64,000 nucleotides of DNA, from contig OX597818.1 of assembly GCA_951406725.2 (NCBI GenBank), positions 67,332,001-67,396,000 on the forward strand. Reading direction: 5' to 3'. Numbering within the stretch: position 1 is the first letter of the stretch; every line of letters begins with the position of its first letter. A program made the translations under genes and the position numbers. The DNA is from Octopus vulgaris (lineage: Eukaryota). Below the pieces are notes generated by a model, which saw only the letters and a program-made list of their open reading frames with translations, had not been told where the DNA came from and did no database searches. This document shows positions 16,344 through 28,810 of this stretch, in pieces.

Positions 16344-16347
<4 letters not shown>
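16170..16347 (+). mobile_element. PLE pLTR-like element related to family E, with hammerhead-like fold; 3' end at (TA)n
   Basis: 16215-16249: gttt-CCGACGA-a-gagc[tcc]gctc-GAAA-cg-TC-atac; a truncated relative lies at 3378-3463. Confidence 0.65.
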
Positions 16348-16405
<58 letters not shown>

Positions 16406-16502
16406 CATATATATGCATATATTTATACATACATACATATATTTACATATATATATGCATATATATATACATATATATACATATGTATACATATATATAT
16501 AC

Positions 16503-16553
<51 letters not shown>

Positions 16554-16564
16554 TATATATACAC

Positions 16565-16608
<44 letters not shown>

Positions 16609-16920
16609 ATCACCGTGATGACCGTGACCGACCAGGCTCTCAGATGTTGTTACACATCGCTGGTCACAATGAGCTTCGCTTTGTCTTAGCCTTCAAATGA
16701 CGCCACCCCGCTGGCTAAGCGAGCAGGCCAACAGAAGGAAGAGTGAGGGAATTTGTGGCGAAAGAGTACAGCCGGGTTCGCCACCACCCCCTGCCGGAGC
16801 CTCGTGGAGCTTTCGGTGTTGTCGCTCAATAAACACTCACAACGCCCTGTCTGGGAATCGAAACCGCGCTCCTCCGACCGCGAGTCCACTGCCCTAACCA
16901 CTGGGCCATTGCGCCTCCAC
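16609..16920 (-). mobile_element. SINE family C (GC-rich tRNA-derived head)
   Basis: Reverse complement begins gtggaggcgcaatggcccagtggttagggc (A-box) ... ggtttcgattcc (B-box); homologs at 38127 and 39757. Confidence 0.88.
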
Positions 16921-17010
16921 AAACACACACACACACACATATATATAATATATAATATATATATGTATATAATAATATATATATAATAATATATATATAT
17001 AATAATATAA

Positions 17011-17054
<44 letters not shown>

Positions 17055-17309
17055 TTATTATATATATATACACATGGGGTGCATGTGTATACACGTGTAA
17101 CGATCTGTTTTTAAATACGTGAAAATTAGGAATAATAAATGAGTAAATGAGTGAATGTCGAGACAAGGTAACTAAAGGTCCTCTGGGAGGATGGGAGGAC
17201 TTGAAAGTCATTACCAATAAAACTATTAGTCGTTGATAATTTCTGCTTCGCATACACGACCATATTTGACTATGCTAGTAAGTGTTTGTAGTCAACATTG
17301 ATTTGTCGG

Positions 17310-17400
17310 TCGCTTCGTGTTTTATCTTACGGGTTATATATGCAAATAGATGAAACTTATAGTCGGAGACCGCCAAGCGTATAGCGAGGTAAGGGGAAAT
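17310..17400 (+). mobile_element. Possible PLE GIY-YIG remnant
   Basis: Frameshifted VFY....C...ETY/ETAKRIAR resembles the VVY..C..C...YIGET.R.L..R motif. Confidence 0.3.
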
Positions 17401-17739
17401 GCACCAAGTAATGTCTATATCATATCTTTCGTTATGCAGTTGTAAATAAATTTAATTATTTGGCAGTTTCAGAGAAAGGTGATGGAAATTTTGACGAAAA
17501 TTGCAATTCGCATCGAGAGGAGTTGCGCTCAGTTGTGAAATAACAGATCACGCGCTAGATGCAATTAGACATCAGTCTTTATGATATATAATTCACAGCC
17601 CATCACAAGATAAAGAAAGATGAATTAAGACAAATAGAATGCACCAGTAATGTTCATATACAGTATGTGTCGAGAAATAAATATAAACACTTTCCAAACA
17701 ACATATAGATAGAATATTTGTTAAAATCTCTGAAATACT

Positions 17740-17876
17740 CCTTTCTACACTAGGCACGAGGCCTGAAATTTTGTGGTGAGGGTTCAGTCAATTAGATCGA
17801 CCCCAATAGGCAACTGGTGCTTAATTCATCGATCCCCAAATTATGAAAAGCAAATTCGACCTCAGCGGTATTTGAT
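17740..17876 (-). mobile_element. SINE family A fragment
   Basis: ttagatcgacccc..aactggtgcttaattcatcgatcccc matches the family A core. Confidence 0.75.
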
Positions 17877-18051
17877 GCCTGAAATACTTTATAAACTATT
17901 ATATGGCAATTACCAGCCAGAAATTCGTATTAATTTGTCAATTGTAACGTAAAAGCTGGTCATGGAAGATTCTGGAAACACATGCAATGGAGTATACAAA
18001 AATGAATACGGGTATTCTTTGATTCTTTTTATTATTTTACTTTTTTTTTAG

Positions 18052-18487
18052 TTATTTTACTGCGGCCATGCTGGAGCCCATCGGAAGATAAAGAAAGATG
18101 AATTAAGACAAATAGAATACACCAGTAATGTTCATATACAGTATGTGCCGAGAAATAAACCCTAACCCTAACCTTAAGTGGTTTTACTAGAACAAATCGA
18201 CACCAGCTCTTATTGTTTGTAAGCATAGTACACATTGTATCGAACTCTTTGCCGAACTTATAGGTTACGGGGAATTAAACACACCAACATCAGTTACAGA
18301 TCGATGGTGGGTGGACAAATACAATCACCAAGACATACACACATAAATACACACGCGAGCGAGGACACATAGACACACACACACATATACAACGGGCTTC
18401 TTTCAGAAGTAGCTTGCTCGAGGTTCCACGCAGCGGGACTGATCCCGGAAGCATGTGGTTGGGAAGTAAGCTTCTTACCACATTGTT
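18052..18487 (-). mobile_element. SINE family B copy carrying an inserted local duplication
   Basis: actgcggccatgctggagc ... gggactgatcccggaagcatgtgg; insert at 18076-18177. Confidence 0.8.
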
Positions 18488-18639
18488 GCATGTTGATATT
18501 TACAATTTCTCTGCCAAAAGACTACAGAAAATAATTATGCGAAAATGGTTTCCCCTTTCTCGTTACAAACTCTCCTCTTTGCACTATTTGCGGATTTCTC
18601 CACTTTGATCTCAATGATATCAATCTGTAGAGACTAGAG

Positions 18640-19410
18640 TAGAGCGGTTATCATGAGTCCTTCCATTTATTTCTTAAGGTATCCATTCTTCAGTTATAAC
18701 TAAGACTCATCTACAGCGCCGCCCTGCATTTGTCTTCATTGCTGGTCGTTTAGTTTTTTGACCCGGATGTTTCTTACTTGATCATTTTCTTCTTTTCGTC
18801 CCCGCTGTCACAGTTTCCACAGCTTCTTTTTCCCTATTCTCTGACAGCTGAAATCAGGCTTTCTCAGTTGCTTCTCACATACTCTTGTATATCATGTTTT
18901 GCCATCTCTGCTTCGTCTTCTATTCATATCACTCCACCCCGTGATATTTCCTTCATAGGTAAAAAAACCTATCAAAACAGTCACTGGGATGCAGCGACCT
19001 GGTTTTATAATCAATATCCTTTAGTGTTTCTGGAGTCCAGTTAAGGAAAACATCAGACTATTTTATTAGGGAGACCACCCATGGGCTTACTGCATAAATG
19101 CTTATCCCTCCATTCAGTTTCGAGCGAAGCAAATATTTCACTCTCCTGAGATATTCGTTTCTTATTTCCTCTTTCATTTCTTGGCAGAGGATTCTATCTG
19201 TCTGTAATACACCTAAGTTTTTGTAACGGTCACCATTTTTCGTAACTCGGACCAACGACTTCTTTGGGATTTCGATCCCTTTCGACCTGTATCTGTTTTT
19301 TCTGTAAATCTTACCATCAACCAGCACTTGTCTATTCCAAATTCCATGTCGGTGTCACCACTCACTACTTTAATAATCTGTAATAGTGAATCTAAAACTT
19401 TCTCACTTTT
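18640..19410 (-). mobile_element. R4/Dong-like LINE fragment (end of RT domain)
   Basis: DRYKNLGVLQ...EMKEEIRNEYLRRVKYLLRSKLNGG...AV..W.VSL matches the YKYLG...K..I..EY.RR...L.SKLN.GN motif. Confidence 0.8.
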
Positions 19411-19439
19411 GGCAAATCATTTTATTAATTACTATTATC

Positions 19440-19850
19440 ATCTTTTTATCACAGATTTTGATGGAGCTCATGGAGTTTTGCATGCGTAGCGGGCTTACTA
19501 CCTGCAACCTACGTTACCATGTTATTCGCCATTTTTAGCTATCTAATACTTTCCTGATTATTCCGGCAAGGAGGCAAAACTTTCGTAACAGTTCTACTGG
19601 GCACTCTATTCCAATTTCCTTTACATCCCCTTGATGCATTCTGATACTGCCCCCAAGTACCCAACAATGATTAGCACTATCTTCACCTTCTTCATTTTCC
19701 ACAGACGAGCTGTTTAGGGCTTAAGGGGGTTGTATCTATCTATTTATCACTCAATCTATCTATCTTTGCGCCTTCTTTCTTGACTATTCGTGGGTCAAAG
19801 GGGCTGGTAACGTCATCTGTATAGCATATGTGATGCATCTTGACAATACC
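19440..19850 (-). mobile_element. R4/Dong-like LINE 3' fragment (RLE C-terminus), degenerate
   Basis: Minus strand ARLWKMKKVKIVLIIVGYLGAV. Confidence 0.65.
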
Positions 19851-19907
19851 ACTAAGTGCGGTTATTATTAGTATTACTATTGTTGTTGTTGATGTTGTTA
19901 TTATTAT

Positions 19908-20620
19908 TCAGTAGTCTTGCTTTTATCATGCGCTTTCATTGCACTAAAGAGCGCAGCTCCGCGTGCCTTGGGTATGTGCAGTGGTTTGTTGTGATGCGCT
20001 TATTTTTACTGCATTGAAAATGATTTACGTAGGATGTGTGCAGTGCCTAGGAGTGCTATTTTTTTCCGTACGTTTTATGTATTTGTTAGTCCTCGTGCTT
20101 TTGTTATGTATTTGTCTTTTCTATTCTTTTTCTTATACCTAACCCGCCTACTATGGTAGGAATTGTTTCTGTTTTTAGTATCCACATTAGACTTAGCTAT
20201 ATTTTCACGTTTTTGCATTTTGAAAGTTTCTCCGTTTACATAAGAGGTATCTGATTGCTTTGCCGTAACAGATGTATTCACATCCAATTCTGTTTAGCAC
20301 GTCAGGTAAAGGTGTCAGTGCCAAGCAAACAAGGAATGGAGATAGCGTGTCTCTCTGGAATATTCCTCTTCTAATGGGGAAAGCTTTGGTTCTTATGAGT
20401 CCCTTTTTTGTCTGGAGCTGTCGCATTCTCAGCCATTTATTCAGGGAATGTTTTATAACATTTTATGATTATTAGTGCTGCCTTGTTCATAGCTATTGTT
20501 TCTAGGATCCATGCGTGGAGAATACTATCAAAATCACTTCCGGCAATCGATACAGGCCATACGTAGACCCCTCTGTTTTCTGTGGCTGTTTTTCATTATG
20601 ACTCTATTGATCTCTCGTGG
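19908..20620 (-). mobile_element. Internally deleted R4/Dong-like LINE (RT core joined to 3' end)
   Basis: IRRGIFQRDTLSPFL..LALTPL..LN (RT motif GIFQGDxLSP); the 3' end matches the 34061-34370 copy; (TTA/TTG)n at 19860-19907. Confidence 0.8.
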
Positions 20621-21000
20621 ATCAAACTCTCTACTCTCTAGTAAAGATGTATGAAGCGGTTTATGAACTCTAATGACTCTCGTCTTCCGTTTTCTCCTTC
20701 CCGTTTCTTACACAGTTGTAGCTAACATTCAACGTTAACTTTCTGGCGTTTATATCGTTCCAAATTATGCACAAACATGCGTACGTACACGTACACACAC
20801 ACACAAACACACATGTATGTACGTATGTATGGATGTGTGAGTTAAACGAAGGCAGCAATGATAGACATATTTATCGCTGAATATTTGAAGAAGGGTCTCA
20901 TGTAGCAGAGACACTGGAAAAGGTATAATAAATTGTTAAAGCACGAAACTACATCGCCAGCGATTTTGTTAGGTGTGCGTCTGCATGCATAGCTTCATAC

Positions 21001-21009
21001 ATATGTGTA

Positions 21010-21066
<57 letters not shown>

Positions 21067-21210
21067 GTGCGTGCGCATAGGTATATTATTTATCTTTATG
21101 CAATTCGCTCCAACCATAATCGATGTCGCCATGCTGCGGCACGATATATGGATATACTTATAAATCTCTTTCTCTTTCTAGCTCTTTATTTCTCCCAGTA
21201 TATGAATAAA

Positions 21211-21261
<51 letters not shown>

Positions 21262-21432
21262 TAGATAGAGAGATAGATATAAAATGTAATGGTGTCATTG
21301 AGACCCATGTATATATATATATAAGTATATGTATGTGTGTGTATGAATGTATATATATATATATATATACACACGCATATATAAATCTCTCTCTTTCTCT
21401 CTTTCTCCCCATATACATAAATATATGTATGC

Positions 21433-21513
<81 letters not shown>

Positions 21514-22092
21514 TGTATATATCCATATGTATATAGATATTTATATACGCGCATTCACATAGAAAGAGATATAGCTACACACAAACATGCACATACAAAC
21601 ACAATATACACTTCTATACATACAGCGGATGCACTGTATTAGGCGCACACTCAGGCATACGAAGGCATAGGAGACCAACATATGCAGAAAGCGGAAGAGC
21701 GAAATGCATTATAGTAATGTTTACAAATTTCGCCTAAAGAACACTTGTATGATATGCTGGAATCTTTGTGTCTTTCGTTCTCTTACCTGACAGAACATTT
21801 CTGAAAATAATGTCTCTGTTTACTTCACAATTGAGTCATTACCATTAGGAAGCGAAAAAACTGTGTCTGTAATAATATTTACTCCAAGAATTATTATGGA
21901 ACTGTGTTAGGTCAAGAATATACTGCGAGCGATACATGTGCATATCTGTACAGATGCAGGGGAACATATGCACGCACACACACACACACACACGCGCTCA
22001 CACACAAACTCACACATGTATATGTATGTATATCTGTATACATATACACACACACATATATATGTGTATATGATTATGGATACAAATGTGTG

Positions 22093-22133
<41 letters not shown>

Positions 22134-22462
22134 ATATAGATTATATAGTCTCTTATTCTCTATATATTTTTTCAGTAGATATGTTGGAATTCTATTTACT
22201 GCTATATACGCAAAAATAAGATGATTATTTGCACAGGGCAAATATGTACTCAAATATGCAGGCACACATGCACGCACACACACACATACGCCCATACACA
22301 CAAACACTCACACTCTGAGAGTCGCATGCGCGAGCACACTCACGCTCCTGTAACGCGCGTGCACACACGCATGCACGCACACATAGATATATGATATATA
22401 CGAATGTGTATACATGCATTTCTGTGTGTACTACATACATTATTTACACTGACCCATAAATT

Positions 22463-22558
<96 letters not shown>

Positions 22559-22560
22559 TA
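21001..22560. repeat. Dense (TG)n, (TA)n, (GA)n, (CA)n microsatellite cluster
   Basis: Direct reading. Confidence 0.9.
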
Positions 22561-23488
22561 AAAATATACATTTCTTTCCCGTGACAGTCATTTATAGAAC
22601 TAAAGTAATTTCGTTACAACTTTTCACTCAACAGTTATTCAAAGATTCTTTGGTTCTAAACAGTTACCTCTAATTACAGGACTTTCAAGATTGTACATTT
22701 TATCAAAATCCATTGACCAACCACTTTAGAAAATGAAAATAATGCAAAATATTTTAAACTAGGCAAAGCTAAACTATAACGTCTGCAAACTTATTTCGGT
22801 AGAGTTGTTGATGTTTTCTACATTCTTGAAATTTTTTAGTCTGCGTTAAATTAAGTCTCGTTCATTGTGAAACATGAAAGAATAGCACTTTGCGGGGAAT
22901 TAGATAAAAAACAAAACTGTTGCCTCATTTACACCAAAATTTAGCCAGCTTTCATTGATATTTTCTTTACTAATTATGTTTCCTTAAATAGTTTTCCCTG
23001 TTAATATGTAGATAAGTTTGTAAAGCCAGAGCACCGTAGTGCGAGACGAAACATGCTCTCAAGAGACCGAGGAGACGATTGATAAGGATAGAAAATACCT
23101 CTCGAGATTACGATGATAATAATGCGATGATAATGATTGCGATCATTTGACCACTGTCCGAGACGATATAACATCACTTACACACACACACATGCAGATA
23201 TACACATACACACATAAATACATGCAAATGCCTTTATGTTCTTGTGTGTGTGTGTACGCGCGATTTTTTGCCTTTGTGTGTGCAATATGACGGGGCGTAG
23301 AATTAGAATATCTGTTACTCACCTGGTATTGCACCAAGACACTATTGAAGATTCTTCGATGAAACTGGCCAGGAGCGAAACCGACCTGAACACGACTGTC
23401 ACATCCTATAACAAGAATCATATTATTTATACGGTTTATAAAATACTATCGCCGTCTTATAAAATATGTCAGTCCAGGAGTGACATAT

Positions 23489-24178
23489 AGTATTTTCTAA
23501 TCTAGGCACGAGACCCGAAATTTCTTGGGATGGGGACCAATTAATTAGATCGACCCCAATACGATAGTGGTATTTAATTTATCGAATCCGAAATGATGAA
23601 ATGCATAGTCGACTTCGGCTGAATTTGAAGTCAGAACGTAAAGGCAGACAATACCTATTTCTTTACTACCCACAAGGGGATAAACACAGAGAGGACAAAC
23701 CAAGAAAAGACAAACGGATTAAGTCGATTGCATCGACCCCAGTGCGTAACTGGTACTTAATTTATCAACCCGAAAAGCAAAGTCGACCTCGGCGGAATGG
23801 CGGAATTTGAACTCAGAACGTAATGGCAGACGTAATACCAATTTCTTTATTACCCACATGGGGCTAAACACAGAGAGGACAAACAAGGACAGACAAACGG
23901 ATTAAGTCGACTATATCGACCGCAGTGCGTAACTGGTACTTAATTTAACGACCCCGAAAGGATGAAAGGCAAAGTCGACCTCGGCGGGATTTGATCTCAG
24001 AGCTTAACGGCAGACGAAATGCCGATAAGCATTTCGCCCGGCGAGCTAACGTTTCTGCCAGCTCGTCGCCTTATTTGCAAATTGAAGTCACCGTTCTCAT
24101 CTCTATCCTGACGTAAAGGCAGACAATACCGCTTGCATTTCTCCCGGCGTGCTAATGTTTCTGCCAGCTCACCACCTT
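23489..24178 (-). mobile_element. SINE family A (tRNA-like head, Meta/Sauria-like core) with three tandem cores and a 13-bp TSD
   Basis: Minus-strand core gtcgactttgcctttcatcctttcggggtcg.taaattaagtaccag is repeated three times; AGGAGTGACATAT at 23476-23488 and 24179-24191. Confidence 0.9.
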
Positions 24179-24221
24179 AGGAGTGACATATCCTGGAAAA
24201 TAACTGATTAAATATATGTAT

Positions 24222-24670
24222 ATATCGTGAAGTATACTTGCTACCTAAATGTGGCTGACCCATACGGGACGATGCTACTAAAGTTTATAGCCCCAGGAAG
24301 ATATCTCCTCTAGCTGGCTAACGATACACTGCCTGTTCCCGATCAGTATTTGCGAACGGAAGTCACCATTCCCATCTCTATCCTGAGGTAATACACACAG
24401 ACCTGGGTTTCTGATTAGTAACCCGTCATCAGCGTGTGACAATCACCGGCTAAGGATGAGAAGTGATTCTGAACGCAAAATGATATATGCTTTTTTTCCA
24501 GTGACAAACCGTCGCTGATCTCGAAAAAACAGGACGACATCGTGAATTATATTTGCCACCTAAATGTGGCTCACCTATATGGGACGATGCAACTGTAATT
24601 TATAGCCCGAGGAGGAGGACGTCTCCTCAAGCTGGCTAACGATATGCTGTATGTGCCTGATCAGTGGAAA
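24222..24670 (-). mobile_element. PLE pLTR-like partial tandem repeat (family F)
   Basis: 24222-24345 is repeated at 24538-24665; the same sequence forms an inverted pair at 40418-40627; contains a hammerhead. Confidence 0.75.
24394..24438 (-). ncRNA. Hammerhead ribozyme motif with canonical core
   Basis: Reverse complement: cacacg-CTGATGA-c-gggtt[act]aatca-GAAA-cccagg-TC-tgtgtg; 6-bp stem I, near-palindromic stem III, GUC site; stem II partly decayed. Confidence 0.75.
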
Positions 24671-25366
24671 ATGGCAGGTAAGGTTATGTATGTGCTGCAG
24701 AAACACCCGGTTCGATAATAGCGTGAGTGAAGAGTCTAATGCAGGTCTTGTGTGTTCATGCACATGTTAAATAAAAGGGGACAATAAAATTGCATTCTTT
24801 GCCAATCTCTCCACCTGAGTGCCTTTCAAACATATCACATCGCCTCCCACTTCTCACATATATTCATTCCTAACATTCTTATCGTTTCCTTCTACCCCAT
24901 CCTCCTATTCATTCCATCCACTGATAACTCTCCTCTCCTCTCCCTTTCACAATATCTTGACTACCTTCTAGCACTCTAGTTTTCATTTTCTCTTCTTTCT
25001 TTCTTCCCTCCTTTCTTTCTTTCTTTTCTTTCTTTCTTTCTCTTTTCCTCCCTCATTCCTTATGAGCAATATCATTTTCCTCCTTCTAACATACTTAACT
25101 ATTCTCTTCTCTCTATCTACTTCCACGTACCAGTACATCCTCAAAATTTCTTTTACACTACAAGAACACGTTGACTGAACCGACAATGGAATTAATGTCA
25201 CCACCTATAAATTTGTAACAACAAAATATGAACTCCTACCGAAATTTACATACCATGGACAAGAAGCCTCTCTACCGATTCCACACAGCACTTTCTTTGG
25301 ATATTGGAACTGCAACTGTAACATCCAGCTTATTGAACTCTACTAATTCCTTTTATTTAACTCTCT

Positions 25367-25424
25367 GATATCGTCTCTGATGTAGGGATATCCTTTACAT
25401 CCCTGAAACAGCTGTAAGACTATC
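25367..25424 (+). ncRNA. Hammerhead ribozyme motif (family G), A9>T
   Basis: gtct-CTGATGT-agggat[atcctttac]atccct-GAAA-cagctg-TA-agac; perfect stem II and palindromic stem III; element runs to (TA)n at about 25497. Confidence 0.72.
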
Positions 25425-25499
25425 TCTTTATAAACTTCCTAGAAATTTCACACTGCCTTGGTTTTGCTGTCTTCTGGCATTTAACATCTATCTAATATA

Positions 25500-25533
<34 letters not shown>

Positions 25534-25615
25534 ATAGATAGATAGATAGATTGATAAATTGATTGATAAATAGATAGATAGATATCGATACAGATATATA
25601 CACACATATATACAC

Positions 25616-26035
<420 letters not shown>

Positions 26036-26302
26036 ACACACATGTATATATATATATATATATAGACATGTATGTACTGAAAAACAATTATATTTTCGTA
26101 ACAAAGCTTCCTTATGTAGGGTTCTGTTATCCAAGCGGGCACCATATTTTTGCTGTATTTGATTGATGATTCTGGATTTTCGCTTAGTTATATACTAATG
26201 TCCTCAGTAGGTTTCTTTTAACATATTAGTAGTTTCACTCTAGAAAGCCTAGTTGGACACTTCATTCTTTTCGATATGGGAGAAATAATTAATAGTTTAA
26301 AG

Positions 26303-26714
26303 AAAACAGAGAATATACATAGAATAATCATTTTTTCTTATTATAGTGCGCTCAATTATACGTTCTTCTAGTTATTGTCGCTTACTTTGCGTTTCGGCCA
26401 ATTGTTATTTTACATATTTGCACTTTAACGCGCATTATGATGTTAGAAAACAATGGTCCCTTTCGGGCTAGTTTTGTTTTTCATTTCGCTCGAATGGCAA
26501 ACGTTTTTCCGACAGAATTTATTCAGATTGACAAAAATAGCAGTCAAATATGTCCAGAAGAGGCCATTGTTTTATGACATTCTAATGCACTTTAAAGCGC
26601 GACTGTTGACAATCACAATTGGTTGAAACGTAACGTAGGAGAAAGTAATGGAATAACTTATTAATTGACTCTTATATGATGAAAAAACTATTATTCTTTG
26701 TATATTTTCTGTTT
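26303..26714. mobile_element. Old, diverged inverted pair (about 170-bp arms) with degenerate long-stem-II hammerhead traces
   Basis: aaacagagaatatacatagaataat...gtttcggccaattg (left) mirrors caattggttgaaac...attattctttgtatattttctgttt (right). Confidence 0.65.
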
Positions 26715-27839
26715 CAATCTATTATATATATATATGTGTGTGTGTGGATAGATAGATAGATATGATGAACAATAAGTAAAGGAAAAGGGGTGTAAGTACT
26801 TTTAACAAATATGGTACTAACTTAACACGTTCATTGAATGAGAGATCTTCCTTACGTTTGGGAGTTTGGTCCTTGATCACAAACACAATGCACGTATAGT
26901 AGATGTGTAAAAAAATTCAGTGGAAGAAAATAATTCTGATGTAATTGAATTGTAAGAAGCAGATTCGAAATTTTATATGTCTGGGATAGATGAGATGAAG
27001 CAGATGAGAGAAATGCCGGTTTATGTCTTTTGAAGCGAGTATAATTTGGAGTAGCATGTGTATCCATGGGATTTTGTGTGGTGTATAGTGGTGTACATGT
27101 ATGAAAACGTAGTGGCGTAGATTATTGGTAGAGGTATTGGTGAGAGAGTGAGAGTGTCTATTGTTGTAAAGTTGTTGGTTGGAAAACTAACATAAGTAGA
27201 AGAGAGGAGAAAGATATTGTTGAAACAAATCTCGTTGTGTTGATGTATACGATGATGGTGATGGCAACGACGACGGCGTTGGTTATAATGATGAAGACAA
27301 TAACGAGTATGGAGTCCACGAAGACACAACGATAATGATGATGAGGGTTATGTGAATATCATCACTACTATAGCATTGTGCTCGTTATGATAATGATGAT
27401 GATGATATTCATGATGATTATTGTCATTAGGAAATTGTGAGAAAATAAAATTCAGCAACAGAAAGCAACATCGTTATGTGTTTGTTCATTCGAGAGACGA
27501 CATCATAGATTACATGTTTGCTTCATATTGCAGACTAAACAAGATTATATTTTATATTGGACATGTCAACGAAGACAGGGACACCAAAAAAAAATAATAA
27601 TAATGGAGAAGGAGGTGTTGAGTATGTGTTAGTAACATGTATGGATGTAAATTTATCTTTAAGAATTTTACTAATGAATACAAGAAGAATACACGTACAT
27701 AGACAAGCAATCGTACAAACACAACTAACATGTATATCTATGAATGTTTGTGTATGTATATATAAATATTTCTATCTGTGTGTGCGTGTGTGTGTGTGTT
27801 TCACATGTACATGGTGTAACAGTTAAACTAGACAGGTAT

Positions 27840-28030
27840 TTTTTCTATTCTTTCCGTTATCTTTTCCCCCTTATCCATCCCTTTCCGTTAAGAGTCGAGG
27901 CTGCAAAGTTCAAAGTCTCTCCCATATTTCGTAACCGAGAAAAATTTACACCTTTTAGTTGCTTCTCTCACAAGTCTCTTTCTTTTATCCTTTGCCTTTT
28001 ACACAATGTTGTACACTATGAGTGTAAGTG
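27840..28030 (+). mobile_element. Highly degenerate family E copy ending at (TA)n
   Basis: ccctttccgttaagagtcgaggctgcaaagttcaaag resembles ccctttctgtagaagagcgtaggctcgaaacgtaaaag. Confidence 0.4.
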
Positions 28031-28209
28031 TATATATATATATATATATATTATATTAAATTAGAGACAAAACCACTATTAGGCAAATCAAACAATGAAA
28101 GACTTAAGCCAATACATATGATTAATTTATATTATTTAAATATGTAACAAAATTATTAAAAAATATAATTAATATATATAAAGAGAGAGAGAGAGAGGGA
28201 GAGATAGAG

Positions 28210-28255
<46 letters not shown>

Positions 28256-28679
28256 AGAAACAGACAGACAGACAGATAAAATATGGAGAAAGATTAATAG
28301 ATATGTGTGTATTCGAACACACACACATATATATATACAAACATATATACACCCATATACATATGTCCACACATTGTGATGTTTAGTCTTAGTAAAATAA
28401 CTGAAATTAGTCTCCGCTTCAGGGAGTAGATTTTGATTATAGTCCTTGCTGGGTGAACATTGTTTTACATTTGAATATTGTTTCAATACTTTGACATGCC
28501 GGATCACATCACATGAATATTAATTGCCGTTTACTAAATGTGATGAAGTTCAGGTGTCTGTATGATTTTTGTGGTAGCTTTATTTTATTGGGGAACTGTA
28601 GTTCGAATTTTATTGCCTATATCTCTGCACATTGTACATTATGAAATGCTAACGTTTGCCAAATGAAATATTGTTCCCA

Positions 28680-28810
28680 AATGTTGGCACAATGTCAGCC
28701 ATTTCTGGCATGGTGTAAGTCGATTACATGGACCACATTGCTCGATTGGTACTCAATTTAGCGACCCTGTAAAGCTGAAAAGCAAAGACGACGCCGGCGT
28801 ATTTCAACTT
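28680..28810 (-). mobile_element. SINE family A degenerate fragment
   Basis: aagtcgattacat..ggtactcaatttagcgaccc..gaaaagcaaag. Confidence 0.6.
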
